Below, piece by piece: positions 26,401 to 39,900 of a stretch of 64,000 nucleotides of DNA. The notes below the pieces were generated by a model, which was not told the origin of the DNA, made no database searches, and saw nothing but the letters and a program-made list of their open reading frames with translations. The translations under genes were made by a program, and so were the position numbers. Each line of letters opens with the position of its first letter. Position 1 is the first letter of the stretch. This stretch comes from Phoronis australis (lineage: Eukaryota > Animalia > Phoronida). The DNA lies in NCBI GenBank assembly GCA_002633005.1, contig NMRA01000244.1, positions 106,976 through 170,975 of the forward strand. The letters run 5' to 3'.

Positions 26401-29400
26401 GTATCAATTACAAAGACTTGGATTGTTGATAATTGTGAGCAGGATAGATTAGACATGAATGAATACGTATTTTTATCTGATAGTGCAAGTGCAATTTCCT
26501 CTAGTACGAACCCAGCCAATATTCCTTGTAAGCTGACCCAAATCCGTTTTTGTAGTCATTCCAGGAGAGGAAAAAGTCTTGAGAGCCGTTTAGTCGCCTT
26601 TGAAATACCTGAAATGATACACAATTTATTGGAAGGTTTAGGTATGAAACTCGGACTACCGATAAAATGGAGTAGCTCTTCGGATATGGGAAAGAGTGAG
26701 TTTTTCAGATGGGAAGAACGGAGTCAAACAATGGGAGGGACGGGCGCACGACGTGAATTGGGGCGAAGGGGTTGTGCCGGAAAGGATGACCTGTTTTGCG
26801 ATCTCAGATCGTGTTGATGAATGTCATTTATTATTTTGTCCTCCCATTGCTTAGGATAAAGGCTCGCACAGAAAACTAGAAAAATAAAATTCATGCTCGA
26901 CTGAAGCTGTCGAACGCCGCTGTTTAAAACTAGAATAACATATTCAAAATCGTTACTAACCGTCCATCCTCCTCCGTCCGTTTCCATGTCACAATAGACT
27001 GACACCCGGCGGTCATCGCCTCTGGAGATGGTGTACACACCACTGATTTGGCTGCCAGCGCTGTACCACTCCGCACAATCTGTGAATTACGGTATATATT
27101 TCACAATTTTGGCTCGATAAAGAATTACTGTCCAAATATGTTAAAGGAGGATGCCACCCAAAAGCAACGTTTTTTTGTGTCAATTTTGATCGACGGAGTA
27201 GTTCCACTTCATAACAGCAAGTTCAGTTCTTTTACCTGACACCAGACGGCAGACGGAGGTGCTGAAATTAACCAATGACGTGACAGGTTCTAAAACAATC
27301 TGCTCAGCAGTTCACAAGACGCTAACTGGTGTCAGCTTATAGCTTGGATTGTCGTTTCACACCAATAAATTATCAAAATTCGATGTAAAACCCTTACAAA
27401 GACATAGAGTTTTTAAAAGAAATGTGTCAGTTTTATTTCACTTTAAGGAGTTATGGAAATTTGAACGTACCGTACCCAACAAAGTACGGTAGGCCAGTTT
27501 GCCGAGGTCAGTCGCGGGAAGTTTGGAGTCAGTTCGGTGATAAATTAGAATTGTTCTTCTGTGAAGTACAGGCAGGAAACCATAGCCGTGTGTTGTAATT
27601 TTAGACTTGCGATTTTTTTCTGTTCTAAGCACAAAACGCCCAGTGGCTCGGAACCCGATCAGGTCCGTCGCGGCCGGACTGCAGACATTACGAACATAAA
27701 CCAGCGGGGTTAGTCGGCAGTGAAAGTTGAAAACTAAACTTCCAGTCACGAAAATACTAGACTAGTGAACCAAAGAAATAATGTACAAGTGAATATTTTG
27801 GTGAGTTCGCTGCGAAGTTGCAAAATATATTTACTCGTCGAGGGCCAAGAAGCCAAGTTCCCCTTGGCACAGAACTGTATAAGGAAATATGTACAATAAC
27901 AATGATTTGATTAATGTATATGTATATATATCTAAATAAAATTACTCTTACATCTTACCATAGCATATAAAATCGAGTTATAGTCTCACAACTGTTTTCT
28001 GTCTGGAAACATTGCATTAGCATGCGCTCAGAAGGTCGTGTTCAATTAGTTTTATTATCTGAAGCCGGTAACATAGTATGAATTATTCATTGCTGATTTC
28101 TCAAAACATTTGCACGCACGAACAATCTTAAAGCGTTACAAATTGTATCTACCGAGACAGACAGACACTTAAACAATAATTCATTTTGAAACAGAACAAT
28201 GCCGGCCACAGACACGGACATATTTCACGACCTCATACTTAGTATTAACGGCGTACTTTTCGTTATTTACTGCCGGGAACTACTTCCGAAGCATTTCGGG
28301 TTCTCGAGGAAATAAAAAAAACGATATACCCGCTTTCTTCGCAGCTTTATGGTTCGCACAAGTGGGAACGATACGCCACATCATATCGGCGCACACTCAG
28401 ATGAAGAACTACTGACGTGGCTGCGTCGTCTACTCACCTTCCTCACAGGTTAACGCGACTCACACCTTTCGGCGAGGCGAGATCGACCGTATACGAGATG
28501 ACGTGGATATGGACCGAGTAAGAGGGTGACAAAAACTAATTAAATTGGGTGGCATTCTCCTTTAATTTCAGCCTGCGTGAAACGCGTGTTATTTTGTTTT
28601 CTTCGCGAAACCTTGCGGTTCTGTCCTTGGTCCGGTATTTCCTGTTGTAAGAATGGAGTAGTGAGACAGTCTCTTCAATGTGCACCGTGCCGTTTAAACG
28701 TCGTGTTTTTTTCAAAAGTACGTTCCTGTAAAGCGACTAAGTGTACACTCTCAGTGTTTAGAATCAGTGAGAAAACGTTTCACTGCACTGCGGCTTTTTA
28801 AATACAGGTGTCCAAATATGTACCCACACTTTAAATGACACTTTTATTGTCACAGGAACAGGATTACCGGTCTGAATTGATAAATAGGCGATAAAAATTA
28901 ATTCAATTAGTTTTTAAACCAAATTTCAATATATTGTTATCTCCTACCGCGCGTTATTGCGAAGCGGGGTACATAGTTTTCACGAACGTCCTTACGTCAC
29001 ACAATCTTGATGGCGCGATATCTGAAGAAGAGAGCTTTAGATTGTGGTGATGTTTTGCTACGAGGTGTATGGGAGGCATCTATTGGCTCAAGTCAACTTT
29101 GGTATCCTATTTTCAAGGTTGCAACAAGAAAGTCAAGTTTTGAATCGAAAACTTTTATTGACCAATTCCTCAAGTAGTATTTTACGGTGTGTCGAATGTC
29201 CTTATTTACACATGGCAAAAATATGGTATTTTATAAAATACTAAATGAGTCATGGTTTAGGTAAGTATAGATAGCCAATGTCAACTCAAACAACAGATCA
29301 TTTCGCTGCAAAAAAAGTTTACTCACTCTTTCGAAAAAGGCCATGTTTTATTGGGTCAAGTTTTGTGTACACATTCCAATTCTTCAGATCAGGTTCTTAC

Positions 29401-31870
29401 GTCATTTTCTGTTATTTAACCAGCGGACGTGAACATGAGCTGATTTGCACGTAAGTCTGATCGGAAAGTCAGCGACGTGATATGATTATGAAATGTGTAA
29501 AAAAGCGCCAAGGTACATCAATTGCCGCAGATAGTGGGTCGAGGGATTTCTGTGTCGTGGGCGTTGAGGGACGAGCGGTTCGGCGGTTGAATGGGTAGGG
29601 GGTTGTGGGGTACACGAGGGTTTTTTAAGGAATTCGTCCGCTTCTGGGTCAGAGTGCAGGTCATTAGTGGTTTGAAGAAGTACGTGTTTGAAACACTACT
29701 TTAGGTGTTTTTTGTATTTGTGATTTTTATTTTCGAGTCTGCGACTCAACGAATTAACGAAGTGTGATTATAAGGTTTAAGTGCGACTCAGTCTTATCTC
29801 GACTGCCCGGCGCCCTTGTTCCTGTTGCTTATATTGCGTCCTTTCTTTCGAGTCATTTTTGCGATCGCTTTTAAACGGTACATCGCCATTTGGCTAAAAC
29901 AAGCGATGTTGAAATTTCGACCACTGTATTCCTTGAAAAACGGACATTTTGATTTTTGACAAACGAGTTCTCGTGCTAAAAGTCCTTAAAAAGAAAGTCA
30001 TAGATCGACGTTTATATAGATAGAATAAAGAAACAAAATTTTCAGGCTTCTGGCGAAAATATTCAAGTTCGTGGAAATCTCGACGATTTCTATCAAAAAC
30101 AATGATTTTTTAGAAAACTGGCGCAAGTCACGTGATTGCGAACATTTGACATGGATAACATGCTCATAATAAGATTTTTGTGGTAAACATGGGCTTTAAA
30201 AAATGTATAGTTTTACGGGTTTACTCTTAATACTTTAAAAGTTCTTTAAGAAATTCGATCCTTGACAGGTAGACAGTTACCTTTGAAAATTTTGAGAATA
30301 TGTTTTTGACCTGGACAACATTTTAGCCATTGTATTTCTATTAAATGTTTTCAGATCCACAACTTTACTTTTATCTCAGGACTGGAAGCAAAAGAGTCCT
30401 GTTTACATATGTCTCGTGTTTTATCACACGTAGTAGCCGTCACTGCAAATCCAAATAGAGGCTTTGGGAAGAAGTTGGTAGGAAGTGTCACAGTTGAGTG
30501 ACATTATTGGAACTGATGGTTTACACAAGGTTTTAGGTATTCTTATGCTTAAAATATTTAGCTTACAATTTGTGCCACTTGGTATTTTTTCATGGGAAAT
30601 GAATAAATGTAACAGAAAATAAATGCAGTTTGAGGATAATGAAACATTTGTCTCAAAATTGGACGTGAAAACAGCTGTCATTTGACCATTGTTATCGGGC
30701 AATTCATTTTAGACTGAAACATTAGAATGGAGTTCTCTTTCGAACAATTGCTTAGTATTTCAAGGCATGATTCAGACTTATCATTCATCAAGGATTCAGA
30801 AAGTGCACGCTTTTAGACACCTTGTGTTCCACAAGTAAAAACTGTGAAACATTTTAATACCAAATGGAAACAGGCATTCCTTTTTAATACCTCAGTGACG
30901 CACTTCAGTTGAAGTAATGGCACAGAACTGGAAGCATATCTCCATTCTACTGACTTAGTACAAGCATTGTACAGTTCAAATTATGGCCCAGTACTGTACA
31001 TTATAGGTACTGATCCACACTATATTACAAACTATATCGTATTGATCCTGGCCCGCTACAGACTTGATACGGGACTAGTGCAGCACTTAAGTTAATAACC
31101 CGGTACATAAAGACTTAGAATAGTTATACTGGCCAAGTAGTGGGAGTGTACCGGGCCACCACTACATTTGGTACTGACCTAAAACAGTCCAGCCATGTGA
31201 AAATGTTGTGGCCCAGTTGCCTCGGTATTTTATGAAATTATTGGTCCTCTAGTGGCCAGCGGTACAAGTCTAGTGTCGCTGACGGTCGTGGCACAGCACT
31301 GATCCAGTGCTTGCATGCTATATCTGTCTTAACAAATGCACGTTGCTTTTGTTTGTTTTGTCTTTCATTCTGGGAAAGGCAAACATACTTTAACATTTCA
31401 ACTTAGGTAAGAGTGGGAGAAGGAAGATTCTATAAGTATTTGAAAAAAATGGATTGACTACATGACGTTTGTCCCTACATTTGAAATATATGATATGAGC
31501 AGTTATTGTTTCGTTAAGCAATGCATACAACATATGGTGTCTTCTCACCTGCGATCAGCTTAATTGTTTCGTCAGCTGGTGCAGAGATCCAAGTTTGCCA
31601 AATCGACTGCAGGGGTGCGAGTTTGCTGTTTACGTCACACAAGTCACAAGCAGACGAAGGTTCGTTAAAGTTAACACCCACACACCTTGCAGGTTCACCA
31701 CGGTTCTGTTCCAAACAACTAAAAAGGCATACTGCGAGTGTAGGGGTACTCATTCTCGCCGGACAACTTGTGGCTTTCAGGTTCTCGCGCTTCTTAAACA
31801 CCATCTCATTTGCTTCGCAAAATGCGACAAATGCAAAAAGAATAACAAATGTTGGTAGTTGACGAAACAT
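11430..31870 (-). CDS. Secreted PAN/apple-domain + fibrinogen-related domain (FReD) protein, 5 exons (31549-31870, 26961-27079, 26512-26608, 15845-16018, 11430-11704), about 328 aa
   Basis: Exon 1 has signal peptide [20 protein letters not shown] plus a PAN pattern (CLFSC...CVGVNF...CDLC). Exon 2: [28 protein letters not shown]. Exon 3: [33 protein letters not shown]. Exon 4: [33 protein letters not shown]. Exon 5: [40 protein letters not shown]. All introns are GT-AG with compatible phases (1,0,1,1). Confidence 0.92.
12471..13863. mobile_element. PIF/Harbinger-like non-autonomous DNA transposon with long TIRs
   Basis: Perfect TIR GGGCCCGGTCTCCAATCTCCGTACTCAGACTC at both ends, subterminal ACTCGA/TACTCA repeat arrays, and a 3-bp TCA target duplication (12468-70, 13864-66). 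Confidence 0.85.
15365..15560 (-). mobile_element. Degenerate THAP-domain remnant of a DNA transposon
   Basis: [22 protein letters not shown] / WHRFVRR / EQSCFDPP across frameshifts, resembling the THAP finger at 8.4 kb. Confidence 0.6.
19640..19820 (+). mobile_element. LINE RT C-terminal remnant
   Basis: [29 protein letters not shown] matches the LNxxKTKxM...V..YKYLG pattern. Confidence 0.5.
21627..21780. repeat. Dispersed repeat, similar to 57391-57540
   Basis: Both copies share TACACTATAT..AATTCCAC..CCAGCCGT..GGTTTCAACAAACCAT.AGCAA.TGTTCTTTCTTC. Confidence 0.7.
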
Positions 31871-31957
31871 TCGAATTTGTGCTGAAGTCAATGAGTAGTT
31901 ATACGTCAGTAAGCAGTCCACTGTTTTACACTTTGCTCCGCTAGCTACTGCTAGTGT

Positions 31958-31964
31958 TTTTATA
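31958..31964 (-). promoter_or_regulatory. Candidate TATA box of the PAN-FReD gene
   Basis: TATAAAA on the minus strand about 90 nt upstream of the ATG. Confidence 0.5.
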
Positions 31965-32640
31965 AGCACAACCCTTTAAAAGGAGAAGAGATCGATCGAT
32001 AGAACCCCTCAATACGTTTGGTAGTTTCCGTTTCCAAAATTCTGTCAAAAATCGATAATAGCCAGTATATCAGACAATTTCTAGTTAAACTGATAAATGT
32101 TAATACGAACCGGATCACCCCGATTGGAGACGGGTTTCCAGTTCCAAAGTTCAATACAATATGAAACCTGAAATAATGATTAACATTTCATGATTCAATT
32201 TTCTGATATTAAGATGGAACTCGTAAAATTAGAATAATGAGTCAATATTTCATGGTTCAAGTTTCATTTTAAACCGAACCATGGGATTCAATAATTTACG
32301 AAACGTGTTTCTAATTCCAATACTGCGGCGATTGACTGACAGGCGGCTAATCAAAATGCGTCTAACATAATGCAAGGTACGCCCACGTGTCAATCGGGTT
32401 TCCTGTAACGCAAACTGCAATGTTCAGTGAACATAACACTCTGACTTTGATTATGTCTGCGCTTGAGGATGTTTTACCAGTCATCCAGCAGTTGGTTGAA
32501 GAAATCATTTCAAAAGATCAGTTGTTCCAAGATGTTTATGTTGTATAAGCGAATTGCATCAGTGTCAAACAGCACAATTAATTTTGTGAATTGCATGGAT
32601 TCACATTAAATTAAAAAACTGGTCTGATGCATTGCCTTTT

Positions 32641-33100
32641 TTAATTTCCTAGATCTTCGGAGACCAGTCGTCTCCTTCGATTCAACGTTGTCTGCGGAAA
32701 CTCTGGCCACGTGCCTCTACTCTCGTTACGGGACGGGGACAATTTAAATTTGGCGCCACCTAGTTTGTTGAGAGAAGGCTGAAGAGCTGTGATATAAATT
32801 GCCTCCTGCACACCTCTCTCAAACCAGTTCTTTTCTCTGCACAGGATCTCAACATTTTCATTACTAAACCCATGAGTATGTGCATGCAGACGATTATACA
32901 CAGATGGTGAAGATCCTTCCCCCACAGCCCGTCTATGTTGACACATGCGTTTCTTGAGTGGTTGCTCAGTCTCGCCCACATAAAACTGACCAAATTGCTC
33001 TCCTTCATAGTGAATACCATAAACAGCCCAACTAATACGATCCTTTTCCTGATTGTCCTTACAGTGCCTTAAGAGTTGTCTCGGGGTTTGACTGCAATAC
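32641..33100 (-). mobile_element. Penelope-like retroelement, GIY-YIG endonuclease end
   Basis: YVGETEQPLKKRMCQHRR...HGFSNENVEILCREKNWFERGVQEAIYITALQPSLNKLGG is the typical Penelope endonuclease C-terminus. Confidence 0.88.
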
Positions 33101-33889
33101 GTTGTATTTTTTCAGACACCCCTTCCAAGTACGGGAAATCAACCACGGTTTTAGGACGCTCACGGATGCTACGCTCACCGGCTGTTCAGAAAGAATGGTG
33201 ACCGGAGCATCCAAGCCGCTCAAATCCCGCCGTGTGACTCCCTCGCCACATTCGTGGCATCATCTAAATAGCTCCAATACTTTAGTCAAGTCCACAATAA
33301 ACTTTTCAAAGTTTGGCTCAACGGACGACGAACTGTTCTATTCACTGTGTGTGGAAGTGGGCTTGTCATCATTCCCGCTTCTCAACATCGTTGCATAGCT
33401 GCTTATAGGCTCTGGGCTGGAGACAACACCAACACAGGGCGAATCATTGCTAGTTCCCGGAATTGCATAGTCTGGGAGGCACGGGTGACAGTGGATGAGG
33501 GGCCTCCAGTCACTGTAGATGTCACAAATCAAGAAGCTTCCCGCTTCAAAAGTGCATCTCTCAGGGGTGGCGATGTGGCACTGACGAGACACCCTTCTTC
33601 GCAGGAACTTTTATCATTTGCGTGTACATGTTTCTTTAGTGATCCGTCAGCAGAAAATGAATGCCACACACTCGTTAATTGTCAACGGCAGAGCGTGTCA
33701 TCTTTTGGAAACCATAAACTGGCATACCCAAAGTGCGCGTGAGACGCTAATGAGTACATTCCGGTGCGCAGCAACCGTGCAGCATGTTGACTGACTCACA
33801 AACAATGCAATCGACGACCGAGTTTATCACAGCCGAGGTAAAACAATGACTGACTCGTCCGTCACCTCACACAGTCATACTATATGAGA

Positions 33890-34500
33890 TCAAAATGGCG
33901 GGAAATTCTTAACTTCCTATAGGATACATCCAGAGTAAGGCACTTGGACGAAATCGTTGCAGGCATGGCCAGCAAGTCGAGCCTACACGAAGTAAGTCTA
34001 AAAGACGAGTTTAAAGCTGCGCATATGGATCCAGAAGTTATTGTGTCATTTAAGAATATTTTACTAGGTTGACTAGATGAAAAATTGTATGTGAGACTTT
34101 CTGCAGGTTTAGAAATTCAGTTTGTGGAAAAGTTGAAAGAAAAAGATTAGGAAATAACTTCGATAAGACAAGGACTATCCGATTTGAGGCAAACGTACGA
34201 TTCTGAAATTGTCGCCTTAGAATGGAATGAGCAGCAACAGTATAGCAGGAGAAATGTTCTCGTTATCGATGGTAAGAAGGAGACAGAGTGGGAATCAACT
34301 GATACAAACATACTGGAATTCGCTACAAAAATGGGCACCAATACAACAGAAGCTGATACCAATAGAAGCCCAAGGGCGCGATTAAGACAAGTGTAATAGC
34401 AAGCACAGACACCTTTGATCAGCCTTCGACGATATACTACAATAAAGAGAAAGGCTGGTATACAACTGCTATTCAATATGGCCGGCCGCCAGGCACTTCC
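33890..34500 (+). mobile_element. Degenerate LINE ORF1 (Tnp22/L1-RRM-like) fragment
   Basis: A coiled-coil-like stretch followed by EQQQYSRRNVLVIDGKKETEWESTD (the EQYSRRxNxxIxG motif). Confidence 0.7.
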
Positions 34501-36069
34501 GGAATAATTCAAAGCATGTCAAATCTGCCTCCCGTTCAGGACCTCGCTAAAAAGCAAGACTTCGCGAGATTACGTGAAATATTGCCGTGTATTTCAAATG
34601 AGAACACGTGACTTTGTCTAGATTTTAGCTAGGTCCTAGCGTAGGTCCTAGCGTTACTGAACGCAAGCCTGGAAGTTGAATTTAAGTCGCATTTTATCTG
34701 CGACTGCACCACGTTCACTAGATAAATTTGTTGATATCGAAACCAATAAATACCTCCAGATTTACCTAGTTCAATCGGCAACATTCGTGGCAAAGCGTAG
34801 TTACCGAAATGATCTAACTGGCATCAACTAATGCGCATGCTCATAAAGCCGCTAAGAACATCACCAGAACGCTTACATCAACTAAAAGCAGCAACATTAT
34901 CTTTGTAATACTCCAGGAGCAGGCTGATAGGGTGCACGCTGATTGGGTACACCAAAAATAGGTCACCAATTCAGTGGGACTTTCCAATTTCAGTCCATTT
35001 GTCCAAATCATTATGCTTGTATGTGGATTAATTATTGTAGTGAATTACAGCGTAAACAATAGCATTGTGGTGTGAACGGCTCCACGCTCCACCAGTTTAC
35101 TCTGCCTCTACTGTTACTGTATTTTTCAGAGATTTGTTCATGGAAAATTACTGGAATAGTGCCATACACAAGTCGATATGTGACCACTTTTTGAGGAACA
35201 GAGGAAGGTAAAGTGATGGTAGTTACTTCTAGGGGTATCGCAGTTTTAGAACCAATTCGATGACTGTTGGAGCAAACTGTTAATTCTTAAAATACTGCAT
35301 GCCTGTAACTTACCATTATCGGAAAACTTTGTCCTGAAGTGTAATTCTGAACCTGTTTTTTGATCATTGACATGATAAGTTACAAGAACAAAACATGCTT
35401 CTGAGTAGGGTATGACAATTGCAAACAACCAGCCCCTTGTAGGAGGGCATTCAGTGGTGTTAGTATTGGCATTCTTGATCTCAGTTGTCTTCAGTGTTGA
35501 GTTTGGCAAGCTGTGATTACGAAGTAGGCACCATAAAATATATTGGAGTCAGCAATGATATATAAATAAAAGCGATGTTGTCCCGTAATTTTTTCGTGAA
35601 TATTAACTGATAAGATGTTACCAGCAAGCACAACCTGGTCTCTGAGAGAACTACAAAAAGTGTACGAATGGAATGAAGTCATACAGGTTTTTTCCAGTGG
35701 GTTATATGAATTGAGAATTGAGATATTTATAAAATGATTTATTATTGAAGAACTCAGGCTTGTTACTTTTTCCGCTGTTGCTAAAAAAACACAGTTGACT
35801 TTGAAATCCTATGTTATTGGCAGGTTGGCAGGAGCGCTCTGATACGCAAATTTTGTTGAAGGTTCAATAGCGCTGCCTCACACGTCCGTCGATCCCTGGC
35901 GCTGTTCACTCAGTAATGTCTATGATCCTATAGTTGTGTATTACATGCATGTTGGTGTACAAAATGATCTTGAATGGGCGCCCCCTGTAGATGCATGGAC
36001 AACCGTCTCGAGAGAGAACACACCGCGTGTCCCATGTAACGCTGCTCACGAGAATGGGGACGAAAACAC

Positions 36070-36410
36070 CAACATGGGCACAAAATAACTAGCCAAGAAA
36101 TAGACAATACCATCATTGCTATGCTGAAATTGACACATTTCAGCTAAAGATTTTGGAATCGCTAGTGATCAGTAACGAAAAGCCTTTGCTGAATGAGCAG
36201 CTCACATGTGCTTACCGCACCCTTGCTCTCGTTCGATAGGGTTGTGGCCTTCCTACCGTGTGTTGCATTCACAGTCTCTGCTTGTATGGCCCTCTTCCCG
36301 CTGTCACGTGAATTTCACTGTTTATTTCGCTCTGTATATGTTCATTCCACTCATTGCCTGATGATGTGACATGCCGTCACGAAATATAGCTACTGTTTTA
36401 ATTTGTGTGT
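36070..36410 (+). mobile_element. Second Penelope-like 3' fragment
   Basis: Degenerate GHKIT...QLKILESLVISNEKPLLNEQL followed by a hammerhead-like motif. Confidence 0.6.
36353..36393 (+). ncRNA. Minimal type I hammerhead ribozyme-like motif (Penelope-associated)
   Basis: CTGATGA (36358-64), T, stem II GTGAC-atgcc-GTCAC, then GAAA-TA-TA. Stem I (TTGC/GCTA) is weak. Confidence 0.55.
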
Positions 36411-36993
36411 TTGTTATGTCTCTCGGTGTTTTACTTCATACCCGCACACCTGAAAAAAGCAGACTGTTCCGAAATTACGATCGTATCAGTATCAAGCTTG
36501 CAAGTAAAAAGTCGAGTCGTGTTTTTCATCGAAGTTTGGGTAAACGAAGGGCTGCTACCTAACTATACTTATATGTCATACAGTATTTCGATATTGTATA
36601 TAACGTCACTGAACTGACACAGCCCAGCCTGTATGACTTAGAGATGAAACCAGTCCATCAAGCTATTTTATACCTGAGATCAACACCCCTTGAACTGAGC
36701 ATGACTATTTTATATCGGAGATCAATACTCTGAACTGAGGCAGCCCAGCAGTGTGTATGAATTTAAGGTTCTAGATCTGTTATCTGTTCAAGTTTCATAT
36801 TCTTCTTTTCATAGAATTTGTTCCTGTGCTGTGCATTTATGTTTAGGTTGTGCAAATACTACAACTATTGATAGCCAAGACTTTCCTTTAACTTCTCAAT
36901 TTATTTTCGAATTGACTAATTCAACCATCGATTTCAAATAAGGAACGTCACACTATTCAAGGTTCATAAACTCTGGAAATTCTATGCATGGAG

Positions 36994-39900
36994 TTATCTG
37001 AAAGGGGACTGAGGTCGACTCTTCAACCACTGGGCGATACCTGGGACATTCTCGAACCGCTGGTAGAGGTCCTTCAGCTTGTAGAACTCTGGTTTGTCCA
37101 GAGTGCCGGGAAACTGTTTCTGCATCAGCCACATTGCGTGGTAGTAAATGGTATCAGCGAGGGTTGGCTGAAAATTGAGCAAATGTTATTAAAATAGTTA
37201 ATAACCGTCTTTATTACAAGTTGTATTTCCTCGTGCTTTGAAGCATGTCTAGAAAGTCACAATTTAATGAAACTTGTTACACCAAAATAAATGTTACGCT
37301 TCTCACATCCTTTAATGATTACTAAAGGCCTATAGCTATTGGCGTCATTACAATCCGCGAGCCTGTGGTTGGTCCTTTCATCCTCCTTCAGAGAGGCCTA
37401 GCCTTTTTGATAAGTTGTACTTCAATGATGCGGCGTCACCAATTACCTTATCTCCAACAAACCAACTGGAACCGCCATTGTTTTGCTCAAGAAGTTGTGT
37501 CGTCTGCTTCAGCCACCATGGCAACTTTTCAAGTGTGCTGTTTCGTGTCGCCTGTTTGAGAGTAAGAATTTGAAATTAGGTGACATCCTTAAATGCAGTT
37601 TGCATGGTAGATTAACGGGAAAAGTATCGTTTTGGTTCACGGTTGTTCATGCTACCCCGAAGTTTGTGCTGTTGTGCTACGTCACCAGCTTTCGTGAACA
37701 ATGTCATCAAAAGCGCTACGATACGACTTTGGACTGGATGGTTTAAAAAATTAATGAATATATTCCAATACCAATCGATTTAACAAGAATCGGATTTCGA
37801 ACTAAGTGGTGTCAAGTTACCTGATAGGTAGGGGCTCCTTGAGAGGTGAACAGAGTAAACATGGGGGCCATGACGTCAGTCATGCATCCAACGATCATGT
37901 CAATCCTGTAAGCGTCCTCGTCAGTTTTTCCCATTAAACCTTTGAATTAGACGCAAAGTGAAGATCGTTTGCTTTGGTATAATATAGGTTAGTCATGATC
38001 AAGTTTTCGACACTGTAAACATTACAACTCACCACAGACCACCTGCAAAGTCGGATCTTTTTGTGCAATTTGTTGAAAATCAGTGACAGTTACGTGTAGC
38101 GTAAGCGAAAAGTAACAAGATAAGCGTTTCTGTGTTCAGACTTTCTTGGCCTCATTACGAATCAAAATACAGAATGTAACCGAAGTTCAAATGCCATTGG
38201 CGGAGATTCTTAATATACAAAAAAACATTACGTTTTGAATTATAAAAAAGTTGGGGTCAACATGATTGAAGTATGAGGTTCCTTTCAAAATCTTTGCCGA
38301 CGACGTTTTGAACTTCAAAATGTTGAAACTCGGATGCCGTTATTTTATCTCTAGTCTAGTGATAAGGCGCCTTACTTACCAAACTCATTCGCCAGTTGCC
38401 TATTGATGGCACCGCTCTGACAATATTTCTTAACTGTACCGTCCGCCTCTGTAACAACCAGTTCGGGAAGGACACCCCACACAGTTTCTGGAACGGTAAT
38501 GGCGTGCAGGCGATTACGCAAGCACACAAGAACTTGTGCAAATATCCGGAAGGGGTCTTATTTTTATACGTTGCATAGTGCAACAACAACAACAACGTTT
38601 TAGAGACAACAAATCTTCCGCCAAGAACAATTCTTGATTTTAAGCACTTTATCCTTAAAACATTAGTATCGTCATGTAACTTGGTCAGAAGTGGTTCCAG
38701 CTACACAAAAATTATAAGTGGTTACTAGTGTATGATACCGACAATTTTGGCACTTCTTATTCTGCGTGTTCGTGGACATGGCCTTATTCCCTGGTACAGG
38801 GAGTGAAAGGAATTGTAGCTTGTCAAAAAGAGGTTTGCTTGTGAGAAAATAATCGTGGAAAACGAGTAGTATTTATCGTAAATCGCCTCTGAAAAGAACA
38901 CCCATGCAAACGTGTCTGGAAGAGTTCTGCCATCCCCGCCTATACAGAATTTCGTACGAGTGTGGCGTCTCTTAGGTGTTCTTGTGAAACGTTGCATCGT
39001 TTCCTCTCGCAGGCCCGGTTTACACGGCTACGTCACGATTGCTACTTACGATACTTCATGGCCGGCCATTCATTCATTTGTACTCTTCTGTCGGTGTACG
39101 TCACACCAGACAGAGCAAACAGCAACCTCCCGACCTCACCACGTGCGGCCAGATCAAAATACTTATACTCGTATTTTTTCGTGTTGTTCGCTGAAATGTG
39201 ACAATTTCCACACATTAAATTGCCACTCGACTTATCCGTCCTTATATGAACCAATGTTAATTGTAGATTAAGACTTGCTCTGGGACGCTGCCATTTTAAT
39301 GAAACAGGTCCTTACGAAACGTTAAAACATTCTACCTAATGACGACATTGCTAGCCAAGGCATCAGTCTATCGTAGTACTTATTTTTTAAAAGTGCCATT
39401 GTCATGCAGACGTTTATGAGTTTGATCAAACTTTAAACGAACTGCGTAGCTAAAGGCACGCTTCCTTTTCGCTTCCTAAAATTTAGAAATATGCCAAACT
39501 AGAGCTATGCATGTCCTTACAGCTACGGCTTCAGTATCAAGTACCCGGATTCGGTAGCAGGGGTGGATCCAGGATTTGGTGTTAGGAGGGGACAGAGCAC
39601 AGAGTATTAGCCAGGATTTTACCCGTCAGACGTTCACACCTCCGAACTGCCAAAAGGAGTCGGAAAAAATCAAAGGGGGCCATGGCCCCCTTGCCCCCCC
39701 CCCCCCCTNCGGTCACTGAGTAGAGGTAATCTGCACTTGAAATGAAGCCATCCGCTTTGGAATGACTGGGCGGTCCTCGAAACGACTTTTGGTGTCATAC
39801 TCTCAATGTCCTTCGTTACGAGTAAGGCAAAAGCTCTGGCATAAAAATGATACGATTTTTCAACTGTGATTTTCCTAATTTACTTCTTGTTCGGACAGAC

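Noticed and set aside
33340-33740. 131-aa plus-strand ORF as a gene
   Set aside because: No recognisable domain or splice context. It lies among retroelement debris and may be a Gypsy RT remnant on the minus strand, too degraded to call.
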